From Mobula hypostoma (lineage: Eukaryota): a stretch of DNA of 64,000 nucleotides. A program made the position numbers and the translations under genes. How positions within the stretch are numbered: position 1 is the stretch's first letter; each line of letters starts with the position of its first letter. The DNA lies in NCBI RefSeq assembly GCF_963921235.1, contig NC_086097.1, forward strand, positions 111,726,001-111,790,000, written 5' to 3'. Under the pieces are notes generated by a model. The model did not search any database, had not been told where the DNA came from, and saw only the letters and a program-made list of their open reading frames with translations. Positions 22,421-34,807 of this stretch are shown here, piece after piece.

Positions 22421-24692
22421 TTGGAAGCATACAGTAAACCACAAATTTTGTGCCAGCTCTTAAGTCTTGATTATCAGATACCCTTTTCCTGAATCACCCG
22501 AAGGTTCTGCTAGCAAATTGAAGACAATAGTGAATTTTATCCACAACGCCAGGGGGTGGATCTCAGTGTATGGATTGTGGAACATGTTTCCCAGGGCCTT
22601 CCAAAAGACCTTCATTGCTCAAAGGCGATCTTGTGCAGTAGGGGCAGTTGGTCAATGCTTCACTGAATAAATCAATAATGTCTTAGAGCTCGGACTCCAA
22701 AGTTGCGTAAGCTCAAGCATCATCTGCATTCTGTAGTTCATGTACCAAAGGTTGGGTAACCGTGACTCTGGCCTACAGTCACCATAGGCTGAACAGTTTC
22801 CCATTACTTACATCAGAAGATTAGCTCTACTCCATAGGAAGTTTGTTGGGACCAATCTACAACATAAGACCATAAGATATAGGAGCAGAAGTAGGCCATT
22901 CCGCCCATCGAGTCTGCTCTGTCATTCAATCATGGCTGATCCAATTCTTCCAGTCATCCCAACTCCCCTGCTTTCACCCCATACCCTTTGATGCCCTGGC
23001 TAATCAAGAACTTATCTATCTCTGCCTTAAATGTACCCAATGACTTGGCCTCCACAGCCGCTTGTGACAACAAATTCCACAGATTTACCACCCTTTGACT
23101 AAAGTAATTTCTCTGCACCTCTGTTCTAAATGGACATACTTCAATCTTGAAGTCATGCCCTTTTGTCTTAAACTCCCTAACCATGGGAAATAACTTTGCC
23201 ATATCTAATCTGTTCAGGCCTTGTAACATTCAGAATGTTCCTATGATATCCCCCCTCATTCTCCTGAACTCCAGGAATACAGCCCAAGAGCTGCCAGATG
23301 TTCCTCATATGGTAACCCTTTCATTCCTGGAATCATTCTCAGGAATCTTCTCTGACCCCTCTCCAATGTCAGTACATCCTTTCTAAAATAAGGGGCCCAA
23401 AACTGCACACAATATTCCAAGTGTGGTCTCACAAGTGCCTGATAGAGCCTCAACATCACATCCCTGCTCTTATATTCTACACCTCTAGAAATGAATGCCA
23501 ACAGTGCATTCGCCTTCTTCACCACTGACTCATCCTGGAGGTTAACCTTTAGGGTATCCTGCACAAGGACTCCCAAGTCTCTTAGCATCTCTGTTTTCTC
23601 TCTCCATCTAAATAATAGTCTGCCCGTTTATTTCTTCCACCAAAGTGCATGACCATATACTTTCCAACATTGTATTTCATTTGCCACTTCTTCGCCCATT
23701 CCTTTAAACTATCTAAGTCTCTCAACAGGCTCTCTGTTTCCTCAACACTACCCGCACCCCCCCCAATATCTTTGTATCATTGGTAAATTTAGCCACAAAT
23801 CCATTAATCCCATAGTCCAAATCATTGACATACATCATAAAAAGCAGTGGTCTCAACACAGACAACTGCGGAACTCCACTGGCAACTGGCAGCCAGACAG
23901 GATAGGCTCCCTTTATTCCCACTCTCTGTTTTCTGCTGATCAACCAATGCTCCACCTATGCTAGTAACTTCCCTGTAATTCCATGGGCTCTTATCTTGCT
24001 AAGCAGCCTCATGTGCGGCACCTTGTCAAAGGTCTTCTGAAAATCCAAGTACACCACATCCACTGCATCTCCTTTGTCTACCCTGCCTGTAATTCAATTG
24101 CAGTAGGTTAGTCGGGCGAGATTTTCCTTTCGGGAAACCATGCTGGCTTTGGCCTATTTTATCATGTGCCTCCAGGTATTCCATAATCTCATCCCTAACT
24201 ATCGATTCCAACAACTTTCCAACCACTGATGTCAGGCTAACAGGTTTATTGTTTCCTTTCTGCTCCTCCCACCCTTCTTAAAAAGTACCATAACATTTGC
24301 AATTTTTCAGTCATCTGGTACAATGCCAGAATCTATTGATTCTTGAAAGATCATTGTTAATGCCTCCACAATCCCTCCAGCTACTTCCTTCAGAACCCAA
24401 GGGTGCATTCCATCAAGTCCAGGAGATTTATCTACCCTCAGACCATTAAGCTTCCTGAGCACCTTCTCAGTCGTAATTTTCACTGCACATACTTCATTTC
24501 CCTGACACTTTTCAATGTCCAGTATACTGCGGATATCTTCCACTGTGAAGACTGATGCAAAATACACATTCAGTTCCTCTGCCATCTCTGCATCTCTCAT
24601 TACAGTATCTCCAGTGTCATTTTCTATTGGTCCTATATCTACCCTCAACTCTCTTTTACACTTTATATACTTAAAAAGCTTTAAGTATCTTC

Positions 24693-25346
24693 TTTTTTTT
24701 GTAATTTATTTTTTATTGAATTTCATCATCAAACAAACATTTCCATAAGATGTATTACAGATACTGTACATATATATCATATAATCATATTTGTCACAGA
24801 TCTCCACATAATATTTATCTGGGGTATACACTTATAGAAAGGAGAGGAAAGAAAGAACAATCCAAAAAAGAAAACTATGTTCATAGTAGGGAGTGATCTT
24901 TTTTTTTTACAACATATTCATTGACTTGTGAGAATAAAATCAGGTCTATGAGGTGTTGTGTAGTTCAACCATTTATTCCAGTATGAATAAAATTGTTCCA
25001 ACTTATGATTAACATTTAGAGTTGGGCTCTCCTGTGATAACCATTTCCTGGTAAGGGTCTTTTTACCAGCCACCAACAGTACATTCATTAAATATTTATA
25101 TCTTTTCCACCATTCTTGAGGTATATACCCAAAATATATGGTCTTACTCTCTAAGGGTATTTCACATTTAAAAATGTCTTGTAGGGCATTATGTATCCCA
25201 CTCCAATCCCACTTTGATAACGGGGCATTCCCAGAAAATATGATAATGGTTTGCATTTTGATTTCCACAATTTCTCCAGCAAACAGAGGGGTTACTATCA
25301 TAATGGGATTTCTGAGAGGGTGCAATAAAATATCTTATCAAGTTTT
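24693..25346 (-). mobile_element. 5'-truncated L1-clade LINE with poly(A) tail and 16-bp TSD
   Basis: - strand encodes LIRYFI..SQKSHYDSNPSVCWRNCGNQNANHYHIFWECP (C-terminal Cys/His motif) and LLVAGKKTLTRKWLSQESPT; T-rich tail at 24693; TSD AGCTTT(A/T)AGTATCTTC at 24677-24692 / 25347-25362. Confidence 0.88.
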
Positions 25347-25839
25347 AGCTTTTAGTATCTTCGTTGATATTAGTCGCCAGCTTCATTTCATAATCTATCT
25401 TTTCCTTCCTAATGACTTTCTTAGTTTCCTTCTGCAAGTTTTTAAAAGCTTCCCAATCCTCTATTTTCCCACTAGCTTTGGCTTCCTTGTATGCCCTCTC
25501 TTTTGCTTTTACTTTGGCTCTGACTCCACTTGTCAGCCATGGCAGTGTCTTTCTTCCATTCAAAATTTTTTTCTTATTTCGAATTCATCTGTCTTGCACT
25601 TCCCTCATTTTTCACAGAAACTCCAGCCATCTCTGCTCTGCTGTCCTTCCTGCTAGTGTCCCTTTCCAGTCAACCTTGGCGAGTTCCCCTCTCATGCCAT
25701 TGTAATTTCTTTTATTCCACTGAAATACCGCCACATTGGAATTTAGCTTCTGCTTCTCAAATTTCAAAGTGAGCTTGATCATATTGTCAAAGTTGCTGGT
25801 GAACGCAGCAGGCCAAGCAGCATCTGTAGGAAGAGGTGC

Positions 25840-25875
25840 AGTCGACGTTTCAGGCTGAGACCCTTCGTCAGGACT
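25840..25875 (-). ncRNA. Minimal hammerhead motif
   Basis: - strand AGTC-CTGACGA-AGGGTCTCAGCCT-GAAAC-GTC-GACT. Confidence 0.78.
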
Positions 25876-27540
25876 AACTGAAGGAAGAGTGAGTAAGGGA
25901 TTTGAAAGTTGGAGGGGGAGGGGGAGATCCAAAATGATAGGAGAAGACAGGAGGGGGAGGGATAGAGCCAAGAGCTGGACAGGTGATTGGCAAAAGGGGA
26001 TACGAGAGGATCATGGGACAGGAGGTCCGGGAAGAAAGACAAGGGGGGGGGACCCAGAGGATGGGCAAGAGGTATATTCAGAGGGACAGAGGGAGAAAAA
26101 GGAGAGTGAGAGAAAGAATGTGTGCATAAAAATAAGTAACAGATGGAGGATGAGGGGGAGGTGGGGCCTAGCGGAAGTTAGAGAAGTCGATGTTCATGCC
26201 ATCAGGTTGGAGGCTACCCAGACGGAATGTAAGGTGTTGTTCCTCCAACCTGAGTGTGGCTTCATCTTTACAGTAGAGGAGGCCGTGGATAGACATGTCA
26301 GAATGGGAATGGGATGTGGAATTAAAATGTGTGGCCACTGGGAGATCCTGCTTTCTCTGGCGGACAGAGCGTAGATGTTCAGCAAAGCGGTCTCCCAGTC
26401 TGCGTCGGGTCTCGCCAATATATAAAAGGCCACATCGGGAGCACCGGACGCAGTATATCACCCCAGTGGACTCACAGGTGAAGTGTTGCCTCACCTGGAA
26501 GGACTGTTTGGGGCCCTGAATGGTGGTAAGGGAGGAAGTGTAAGGGCATGTGTAGCACTTGTTTCGCTTACACGGATAAGTGCCAGGAGGGAGATCAGTG
26601 GGGAGGGATGGGGGGGACGAATGGACAAGGGAGTTGTGTAGGGAGCGATCCCTGCGGAATGCAGAGGGGGGGGGAGGGAAGGATGTGCTTAGTGGTGGGA
26701 TCCCGTTGGAGGTGACGGAAGTTACGGAGAATAATATGTTGGACCCGGAGGCTGGTGGGGTGGTAGGTGAGGACCAGGGGAACCCTATTCCTAGTGGGGT
26801 GGCAGGAGGATGGAGTGAGAGCAGATGTACGTGAAATGGGGGAGATGCGTTTAAGAGCAGAGTTGATAGTGGAGGAAGGGAAGCCCCTTTCTTTAAAAAA
26901 GGAAGACATCTCCCCCCTCCTAGAATGAAAAGCCTCATCCTGAGAGCAGATGCGGCGGAGACAGAGGAATTGCGAGAAGTGGATATATTTTATATATTGG
27001 CGAGACCCGACGCAGACTGCGAGACCGCTTTGCTGAACATCTACGCTCTGTCCGCCAGAGAAAGCAGGATCTCCCAGTGACCACACATTTTAATTCCACA
27101 TCCCATTCCCATTCTGACATGTCTATCCACGGCCTCCTCTACTGTAAAGATGAAGCCACACTCAGGTTGGAGGAACAACACCTTATATTCTGTCTGGGTA
27201 GCCTCCAACCTGATGGCATGAACATCGACTTCTCTAACTTCCGCTAGGCCCCACCTCCCCCTCGTACCCCATCTGTTACTTATTTTTATGCACACATTCT
27301 TTCTCTCACTCTCCTTTTTCTACCTCTGTCCCTCTGAATATACCTCTTGCCCATCCTCTGGGACCCCCCCCCCTTGTCTTTCTTCCCGGACCTCCTGTCC
27401 CATGATCCTCTCGTATCCCCTTTTGCCTATCACCTGTCCAGCTCTTGGCTCTATCCCTCCCCCTCCTGTTTTCTCCTATCATTTTGGATCTCCCCCTCCC
27501 CCTCCAACTTTCAAATCCCTTACTCACTCTTCCTTCAGTT

Positions 27541-27575
27541 AGTCCTGACGAGGGTCTCGGCCTGAAACGTCGACT
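27541..27575 (+). ncRNA. Minimal hammerhead motif
   Basis: AGTC-CTGACGA-GGGTCTCGGCCT-GAAAC-GTC-GACT. Confidence 0.78.
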
Positions 27576-27979
27576 GCACCTCTTCCTACAGATGCTGCTT
27601 GGCCTGCTGCATTCACCAGCAACTTTGATGTGTGTTGCTTGAATTTCCAGCATCTGCAGAATTCCTGTTGTTTTTGATCATATTGTGATCACTATTCCCT
27701 GAGGGTTCCTTAATCTTAAACTCTCTTATCACCGGATCATTGCACAACACCCAATCCAGCACAGCCGATCCTCTAGTGAGCTCAACAACAAGCTGTTCTA
27801 AAAAACCATCCCTTAGACCTTCTTCAAATTCTCTCTCTTGAGGTCCAGTACTGGCCTGGTTTTTCCAATCCACTTTTATGTTAAAATCCCCAACGATTAT
27901 CATGACATTGCCCTTCTGACACTCCTTTTCTATCTCCTGCTGTAATTTGTAATCCACACCCCGGCTGCTGTTTGGAACA

Positions 27980-28780
27980 TGGTGGTGAGAAAGATTTTTA
28001 AAAAGTGTCAGATAAACTACACAGTTTTGCTTGGCATATGTCTTCACTGAGACAGGTCCTGTTGTTGACCCTTTAATTGACATCATGGCTTGCATGCCAT
28101 CATGGGCCAAGATGGAGATGAATGCCAAATTTGCATAGGATGAACCATTTTCTTTCTTAATTAATGGAGTCAAAGGTTTTAGTAAGGCCAGAAGGCAATG
28201 CATGTTGGCTGGTTGCAGCTCCCTGCATTTATTTAATAGTTGACACATAGTGAAGATCACATTCTGTAATGCCTCTTGATTGACAGGTCCAAAACTGTGA
28301 TCCTAGTAACAATTTTTCAGCTATTGGGAGAAGAGGACACTGGTGATGACTTTCAGCGAGATTCACCTTACCTCCTTTCTTGAAGATGGTCAAGAAATCT
28401 GATCTCTGAGGTCTTCTTCCCTTCCTAGACATGGACAGTGAGAAGGTAGATTTGTGACAGAAGCTTGTCAGTGCTAAGTTTTAGGATTGAAGTGTACAGT
28501 CATGTTCCAAGGTCTTGTTTTATTCAAAATGAGAAATGGACATCTCGATTTCTTGTTGGTAAGTGTGGTGGTAAGGTTGGACTGAATAGGTTGCCTTGCG
28601 ATGGAGTCCACAGTATTAAGTGGAAGAGGTTCCTTCCAGTGGGCATTGATTGCCCCTCTGTCCCAGAAAAGGTCAGCCACAATTCGACTCTCAGTACTTC
28701 GGGACATTGGATGTTTGGACTATACATGGCTTTTACAGTGTTAAGGAAGCCACATATCTTGACAGAAAACAAGAAAAAAT
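27980..28780 (-). mobile_element. Degraded RTE-clade LINE RT fragment
   Basis: IFTMCQLLNKCREL (cf. RTE-type IFT.RQLQEKCRE), LTIFKKG, AHDGMQA...PVSVKTYAKQNCV. Confidence 0.65.
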
Positions 28781-29346
28781 GCAGTTTATTTAAGAGTATT
28801 TTATAAAAAATTAAAGAAAAATACTCATAACATACACAATAATTTTTATTCCTTTATCTGATATGACGGTATTGGGTTTGTTGACTGCGAAGTTCTAAAC
28901 TCACACAAATATTTTAAGCCCTGTCAGATATGAATAGCCACATGTACTTTTGGTAAAGGGAGATTATACTGTAACTACCCAATCTTCAAAGGCTGGTTTA
29001 CTTCCTGTTTATTCTCCATGGCATGTTTAGCTGTCAATATCCACTATTTGAGTGATAGGTCCCCTCTCCTTACCAAGGAGAAGATACTTCCAGCTCACAG
29101 AGTAGTTTAGAACACAGTTCATTTATTTACAGTATACATGTTTAAATCCAAACAACACTCTTAAAACACATTTAAAACTTATAGAGGATTTCTATCTTAT
29201 AAAATATTTCCAAATTACAAACCAGTTCTAAAGCACGAACCATTTCCAAAACACAAAGCACAAAGCATTTCATCAATATAAAGTATTTCACAAACACAAA
29301 GGATTTCTAAACACAGGTACAGTTCCTACAAACTAAAAAGACATAC

Positions 29347-29547
29347 CATCAAGTTGCAAACAAACAAATCATCCGTTACAGAAACTGAATCTGAAGAAGC
29401 GGGTTCACTCCTTGTTTCTTTCATGTTTTTAATTTTCCTTACCCCATTCCTAATAAGCCTGAACAGCTCTCTACACTTATTGTTTCTCAACCGCTTGGGT
29501 AACTTTACAAGTGTGTGATATTTCCTCAGGTATCCTTTTAACACAGT
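29347..29547 (-). CDS. Candidate internal exon (201 nt, phase 0-0), product unknown
   Basis: TGTTTTTAG acceptor, 67 open codons TVLKGYLRKYHTLVKLPKRLRNNKCRELFRLIRNG...DDLFVCNLM, ATG|GTATGT donor (alternative GG|GTAAGG donor inside); non-repetitive context. Confidence 0.3.
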
Positions 29548-30319
29548 CTAAAAACATTTTTGAAAACAATACTCTTAGCTACAGCAGCTACCATGAATGC
29601 TGTAAAGCTAACTTCCTTGAGCACATAAAACCTTTCAACCAGAAACACATCAGTTACTGATATGCTAAATTGTACTATCCATCTGGTCAGCAAGCTTTCT
29701 TGAACTAAGCAACTTAAGCTTCAGTTTGTCTGTTTGGAACAACCTGTGATAAACAAGTCATTGTCTTATACTGCATCTTGAGCAATAATAAAGCAGATAC
29801 AGTGAGCTAGCAGCTGCTTTTGCAGACAGAGCATCTTCTACATTTTCTACAATAGCACCTTCTATTTACAAAGTTGTGTTTTTAACTTCAAGCTGATTAA
29901 TGCTTTTTATTTACATTTCAAGAACTGTAGATTGACTTCCTTTATAACCAGAAACTAAACAAACTGTTAGTTGGAAGTTTACTTACATTTGTTTCATCTT
30001 ACAAGTGGTGAGTGTGTTTAGAAAGTAAGGTTAGCAGAAATGAGATCTCCTGTCCCAGGTCAGTGAATATCCATCACACTGGTATACCCTCTGGTGAGCA
30101 GATTGCAAGACAATTCATGCTCAATAAAGAAATAATATGTGGTTCAATCAAAAGCAGCACCTTAAATAATTACAGAATACTATCACAACTTAATCATGCC
30201 AACAGAAGCCCAGAAATATATAGCATACATGAATAAATAGAGTTTCCACAGATCAATCAGACTCCAAAGGAAAGATGGAACAAGATCAAGAGAATAATTG
30301 GCACTATTCTTCCACCTTA

Positions 30320-30802
30320 CATTCAGTGGCTACTTTATAATGTAGTGCCTGTACCTAGTAAATGGCCATTGAGTGTATGTTTGTGGTTTTCTGCTGCCAT
30401 AGCCCATTCACTTTAAGGTTGGACGTGTTTTGCATTCAGGGACCTTCCTGTCAGATTGAACTAGTCTGGCCATTCTCCTTTGACCACTCTCATTAACAAG
30501 ACGTTTTCACCCACAGAACTACTGCTCACTGGATGTTTTTTTTTTGTTTCACACCATTCTCTAAATTCTATTCACTGTTGTGTGTGCAAGTCCCAGCAGT
30601 TTCTAAAATACTCAAACCACCCCATCTGATCATTCCACAGTCAAAGTCAATTAGATCACATTTCTTCCCCATTTTGGTGTTTGGTCTGAACAACAACTGA
30701 ACTTCTTGACCACATTTGCATGCTTTTATATGCACTGAGTTGTTGCTACATGATTGGCTGATTGGAAATTTGCATAAACAAGGTATATAGGTCACTGAGT
30801 GT
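30320..30802. mobile_element. Non-autonomous Tc1-type MITE (family of 21084)
   Basis: CATTCAGTGGCTACTTTAT start, CACTGAGTGTA end; internal sequence matches 21084-21651. Confidence 0.8.
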
Positions 30803-31484
30803 ACTTATCCAGAAATTAGTACATACATGTAGCAGCAGAACCTCTGTAATCTGACACCTGTCAGATTTGACAGGCTACTACTTAAATCAAATCTGCTGTT
30901 CAGTCAAGAGTCAGATCTATGTTCCCTTTCTTTTGTCCCTCTTTCAGCCTCCTCAGTCCCAAACTTCTGCTGGTTTAGTTGCTCTTGGGCATGGCTTCTC
31001 CGCTCTCCAGGCCAATTCTCTCTACCAATCTGTATTCTCCATTGTAGCTGCTTCTTTGCTGGCCTGGAATTTCCAGTTACTACAGCACGCCTAATTATAA
31101 AATGCCAGATAACAATGCTATCACAGTATTAAACTATGTCATTTCACTTTTAAGACATTTTTAAATACATGATTTTAACTTGGGTATTGATCTGATTATT
31201 TTGGTTTAACATTCAGCACTATTGCTAGAATAATGACATAAAATATTGAATCTGCTCAGCAGATCTTACGGAATCTATGGAAAGAGCAAAATAGTTAATC
31301 CATTTCAATGATATTTCATTGGAACTTGTCATTTCTTGGTTATTCTTAGTTCTGGTCTGTAACCTCACATTTTGATAACCAATGTTTATTGATCTTGCAT
31401 GTGACAATTCACATTAGTGGGAAATTCCTGATCTCTTGCTTCCAGTGAAGTCTGGCTTTTGCAGAAAATACACCAGTTGTGGTG

Positions 31485-32001
31485 AAAAAAGCACAATTGC
31501 ACCTCTTTCACCTCAGACGGTTGAGGAAGTTTGGCATGGGGCCCCTAAATCCTAAGAACTTTCTACAGGGGCACAATTGAGAGCATCCTGACTGGTTGCA
31601 TCACTGCCTGGTATGGGAACTGTACTTCCCTCAGCTGCAGGATTCTGCAGAGATAGTGAACTTCCCATGATTCAGGACATTTACAAGACAGGTGTGTAAA
31701 AAAGGGCCCGAAGGATCATTGGGGACCCAAGTCACCCCAACCACAATCTATTCCAGCTGCTACCATCCAGGAAACAGTACCACCACATAAAAGCCAGGAC
31801 CATCAGGCTCTGGGACAGTTTCTTCCACCAGGCCATCAGAATGATTAACTCACGCTGATCTGAGTGTATTTTTATGTTACATTGACTGTTCTATTTATAT
31901 AAATTACTATGATTGCACATTGCATATTTAGACGGAGACGTAACATAAAGATTTTTACTCTGTATGTGAAGGATGTAAGAAATAAAGTCAATTCAATTCA
32001 A
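31485..32001 (+). mobile_element. Rex1/Babar LINE 3' fragment
   Basis: LRTFYRGTIESILTGCITAWYGNC codons at ~31552; ends AATAAAGTCAATTCAATTCAA. Confidence 0.85.
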
Positions 32002-32347
32002 TATTGGAGGGCTTCCAACGACTTGGCCCTTTCATCCTGTTGAAAGAACAGTTGCTGCCAGCTGGCAATTATGGAGGTGCATTACATGGGAATGTTTCTT
32101 CCCTGTAGTAATCAAGAATTATACAGAAATGAAGGCGAATATTTTGACTAATGGCTGCCTACTGTGCCTGTTCTTCTGTGAAATTGCACATTAAAGAATG
32201 TATGTATTCTGCCTCATGTATAAATCTCACTGATTTATCCATCTTCCTGCATCTCCTACAAAATTGTTAATTTAGTTTATATTACCTCAAGTATTCTTCA
32301 CACTTATAAACTGCAGCACTTAACACTCTCCTGAATCTAACTGATGT

Positions 32348-32612
32348 ATATTTATTTATTTATTGAGATACAGCAGGAATAGGCTCTTCCAGCCCTTCAA
32401 GCCATGCCACCCAGCAGTCCCCCAATTTAGTCCGAGCCGAATCACAGGACTGTTAACAACGACCTATTAACCTACCTACAGTACTCCTCTGGACTGTGGG
32501 AGTGTCCGGAGGAAACCCACAAGGTCGTGGGGAGAACATATGAACTCCTTACAGGTAGCGTAGGGAACTAAACTCGGGTTGCCTGTACAGTTAAGAATTG
32601 TGCTACCCCATG
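32348..32612 (-). mobile_element. V-SINE-like element
   Basis: - strand GTGGGTTTCCTCCGGACACTCCCACAGTCC (V-domain-like); (TATT)n tail. Confidence 0.6.
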
Positions 32613-33024
32613 CTACCCCACCTGTTAATATATTTTCCGAGGTTTACTCCTCATTGTTTCCCAAGTTAATTATTATTTTCATATTTTAACGTTGTCAACC
32701 AAGTCTGTAGCAAAGATTTTAAAAGCAATTTAAAACATCCATGTCCATGGTTTTTAAGATGAAATGCCTCTTTATTTTAGTTGCTGTCAAGCAAATGTTA
32801 ACACAAAGAGATATCAGTGAAAACCAAATAATTTAAATGTGACATAAGTTTGTAGCACAGTGACAGCCTGTTTCAGAGATAATTTAGAAGGTACAATGGT
32901 ACAATCATGGAATAAGTATAATAATACGTATCTATACCTTTACAATTGGACGAAAGTTCAACTCAGCATTAAAAAAGATATCATCTGAAATTCAGTTTCA
33001 TCATCAAATATACAGAGTGGCTGG

Positions 33025-33737
33025 GTACATACATCTATTGATGCTTCTGGACACATTTTCAGTGATGTTCCTGGAATCATCGGGTGTTTCGGGTCTTTCA
33101 ACATCATATACCCTCCTCCAGGTGACCCAGCCGGGGCTGATCAGACCCCAGCTTGTGTCTAGATGGCTAGTTACTTATGACTCCATGGCTCCCCTCTTTT
33201 GAGCCACAGCCATCTTGAGGCCCTCTCTGCCGCATTGGTGGTACTGCGGATGGCTCTCCTCTTCCTCTCTCCCTCAATGCCCAAATTGCTGAAGGTTCTG
33301 GCTAAAGAACGGGCTGAGAATCCCCTACAACCAGCCTCCACTGGGAGACACCTCACTCTCCATCCAGCCTGCTGGCAGTTGCTGACCAGTCCTGAGTACT
33401 TGGAGAGCTTCCTATCAAAGGCTTCTTCCAAGCGATCTTCCCATGGGACTGTCAGCTCCAGCAGCACCACTTGCTTAGTAGACAATGTCTGGTTGCAGGG
33501 TGGTGGCTTCATTATGGTTGGGGAACTTCAGCTGCCGTTCAAGGTCCACCAACAGCTGACAGTCCCTTGCAGATGTCTGCAGATGTTCCTTTGGCAGGGA
33601 TTGGCTGCTCCCCAGCTCTGACAAAGGCAATGGTCTGCTTGGAGGGTCGGGACCGCTTCGCCCACTCAACTCCTGTGCTGACGGCTTCAGCGATGGTCTT
33701 CAGGACCTGATCATGCCTCCACCTGTACCGTCCCTCA
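33025..33737 (-). mobile_element. Hero/R2-group non-LTR retrotransposon 3' end (restriction-like endonuclease + 3' UTR)
   Basis: TTLQPDIV (33475..33669) then KQVVLLELTVPWEDRLEEAFDRKLSKY...GWRVRCLPVEAGCRGF...AAERASRWLWLKR (33171..33512): PD..E.T-type RLE domain. Confidence 0.85.
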
Positions 33738-34467
33738 TATCATAGAAAATACTGTAACCTTTGATTTTTCTTGTCTATGGAAACTTCTGAAGATAAAGGG
33801 CATAACAATAGGAAGATTGCTGGGCTGCTAATAATCAGCTGCAGAATTCTCCTCCTCACTGGCCAGTTCTTTTCTAACTTCTCTGCCTGCACATTGACGC
33901 ACAGAAGTCAAGGGTGAGCAATTAGTCAGATTCTGGTACACTGCATACCCATACTGCCATTAGAGTTGCTGCGAAGGTGATTCGGTTAGGGTTAAGTCGG
34001 GGTTGTGGCCGGTTGCTGGGCGGTGTGGCCCAAAGGGACAGAAGGCCTATTCTACGCTGTAACTCAATAAATCAATAAGAGCAAAAGGCAGAGTTCTAAT
34101 ATACTGATGGAGGGGCCAGATGAGAACTACCAGAATGTTGCTGCCATAAATGCGGCAAAACTCGCACAGTACAATCCTCGCTGATTTGATTTGATGCAAA
34201 GTAACCAATTTCACTCTGTTTCGATGTATCTGTGTCAGAAAAAAATTAATCTTTATGCTCTCATTCATTTAAATGACGTCAATAGTCTTGAGTAAAAAGT
34301 CAGGTAACTTAAAAAGTAAAAAGTGGTTTACTTATTTTACCTTAATATTTTTGCATTATTTTTCCAACCTTTAAGATGTTCCAAATTAAATATGCAATTT
34401 AATGACAAGCAACTTTGTAGCATTTCTTAAAGTTAGCGATTATCGGAGATAATTAATGTTTTTTGTA

Positions 34468-34640
34468 ACACTCACAACACGCTGGAGGAACTCAGCAGGT
34501 CGGGCAGCATATGTGGAACGAAGGGTTCCGGCCCGAAACGTCAACTGATCTTTTCCACGGATGCTGCCCGACCTGCTGAGTTCCTCTGCCGTGTTATGAG
34601 TGTTGCTTTGACCCCAGCATCTGCAGATTATTTTGTGCTA
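34468..34640. mobile_element. Fold-back Penelope-terminus insertion with 13-bp TSD
   Basis: Inverted arms around CGAAGGGTTCCGGCCCGAAACGTCAACT (hammerhead 3' half); AATGTTTTTTGTA at 34455-34467 and 34641-34653. Confidence 0.85.
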
Positions 34641-34807
34641 AATGTTTTTTGTAGACAGTTCCTGCTCTGCTTTGCCTTGCCTCATGAGAAGACTCACAGG
34701 TGCTACCAGTTAGTTTGTCCTCTGAGTCATTTTAACCAGATATCCCTAAACTGAAATTTTATATGGTGGGACAATGACCAAAGCAGTCGTTGAGCATTGC
34801 TCATAAA

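Larger units (their letters stand above)
25788..27673. mobile_element. Penelope-like element in inverted configuration (long - copy 25788-~26985, short + copy ~26985-27673) with 13-bp TSD
   Basis: ORF 26168..26938 (-) ends VIYCVRCSRCGLLYIGETRRRLGDRFAEH...QPDGMNIDFSNFR; RT thumb-region SQFLCLRRICSQ (26595..27086); TTGATCATATTGT duplicated at 25775-25787 and 27674-27686. Confidence 0.95.
22862..27975 (-). mobile_element. CR1 LINE ORF2 (endonuclease end to 3' tail) split by L1 and Penelope insertions
   Basis: IIVGDFNIKVDW (27613..28260), DKSPGLDGMHPWVLKEV (24307..24648), SQHGFPKGKS, AKFTNDTK, LVRPHLEYCVQFWAP (23256..23588); CATAAGAC-repeat tail at 22862. Confidence 0.93.
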
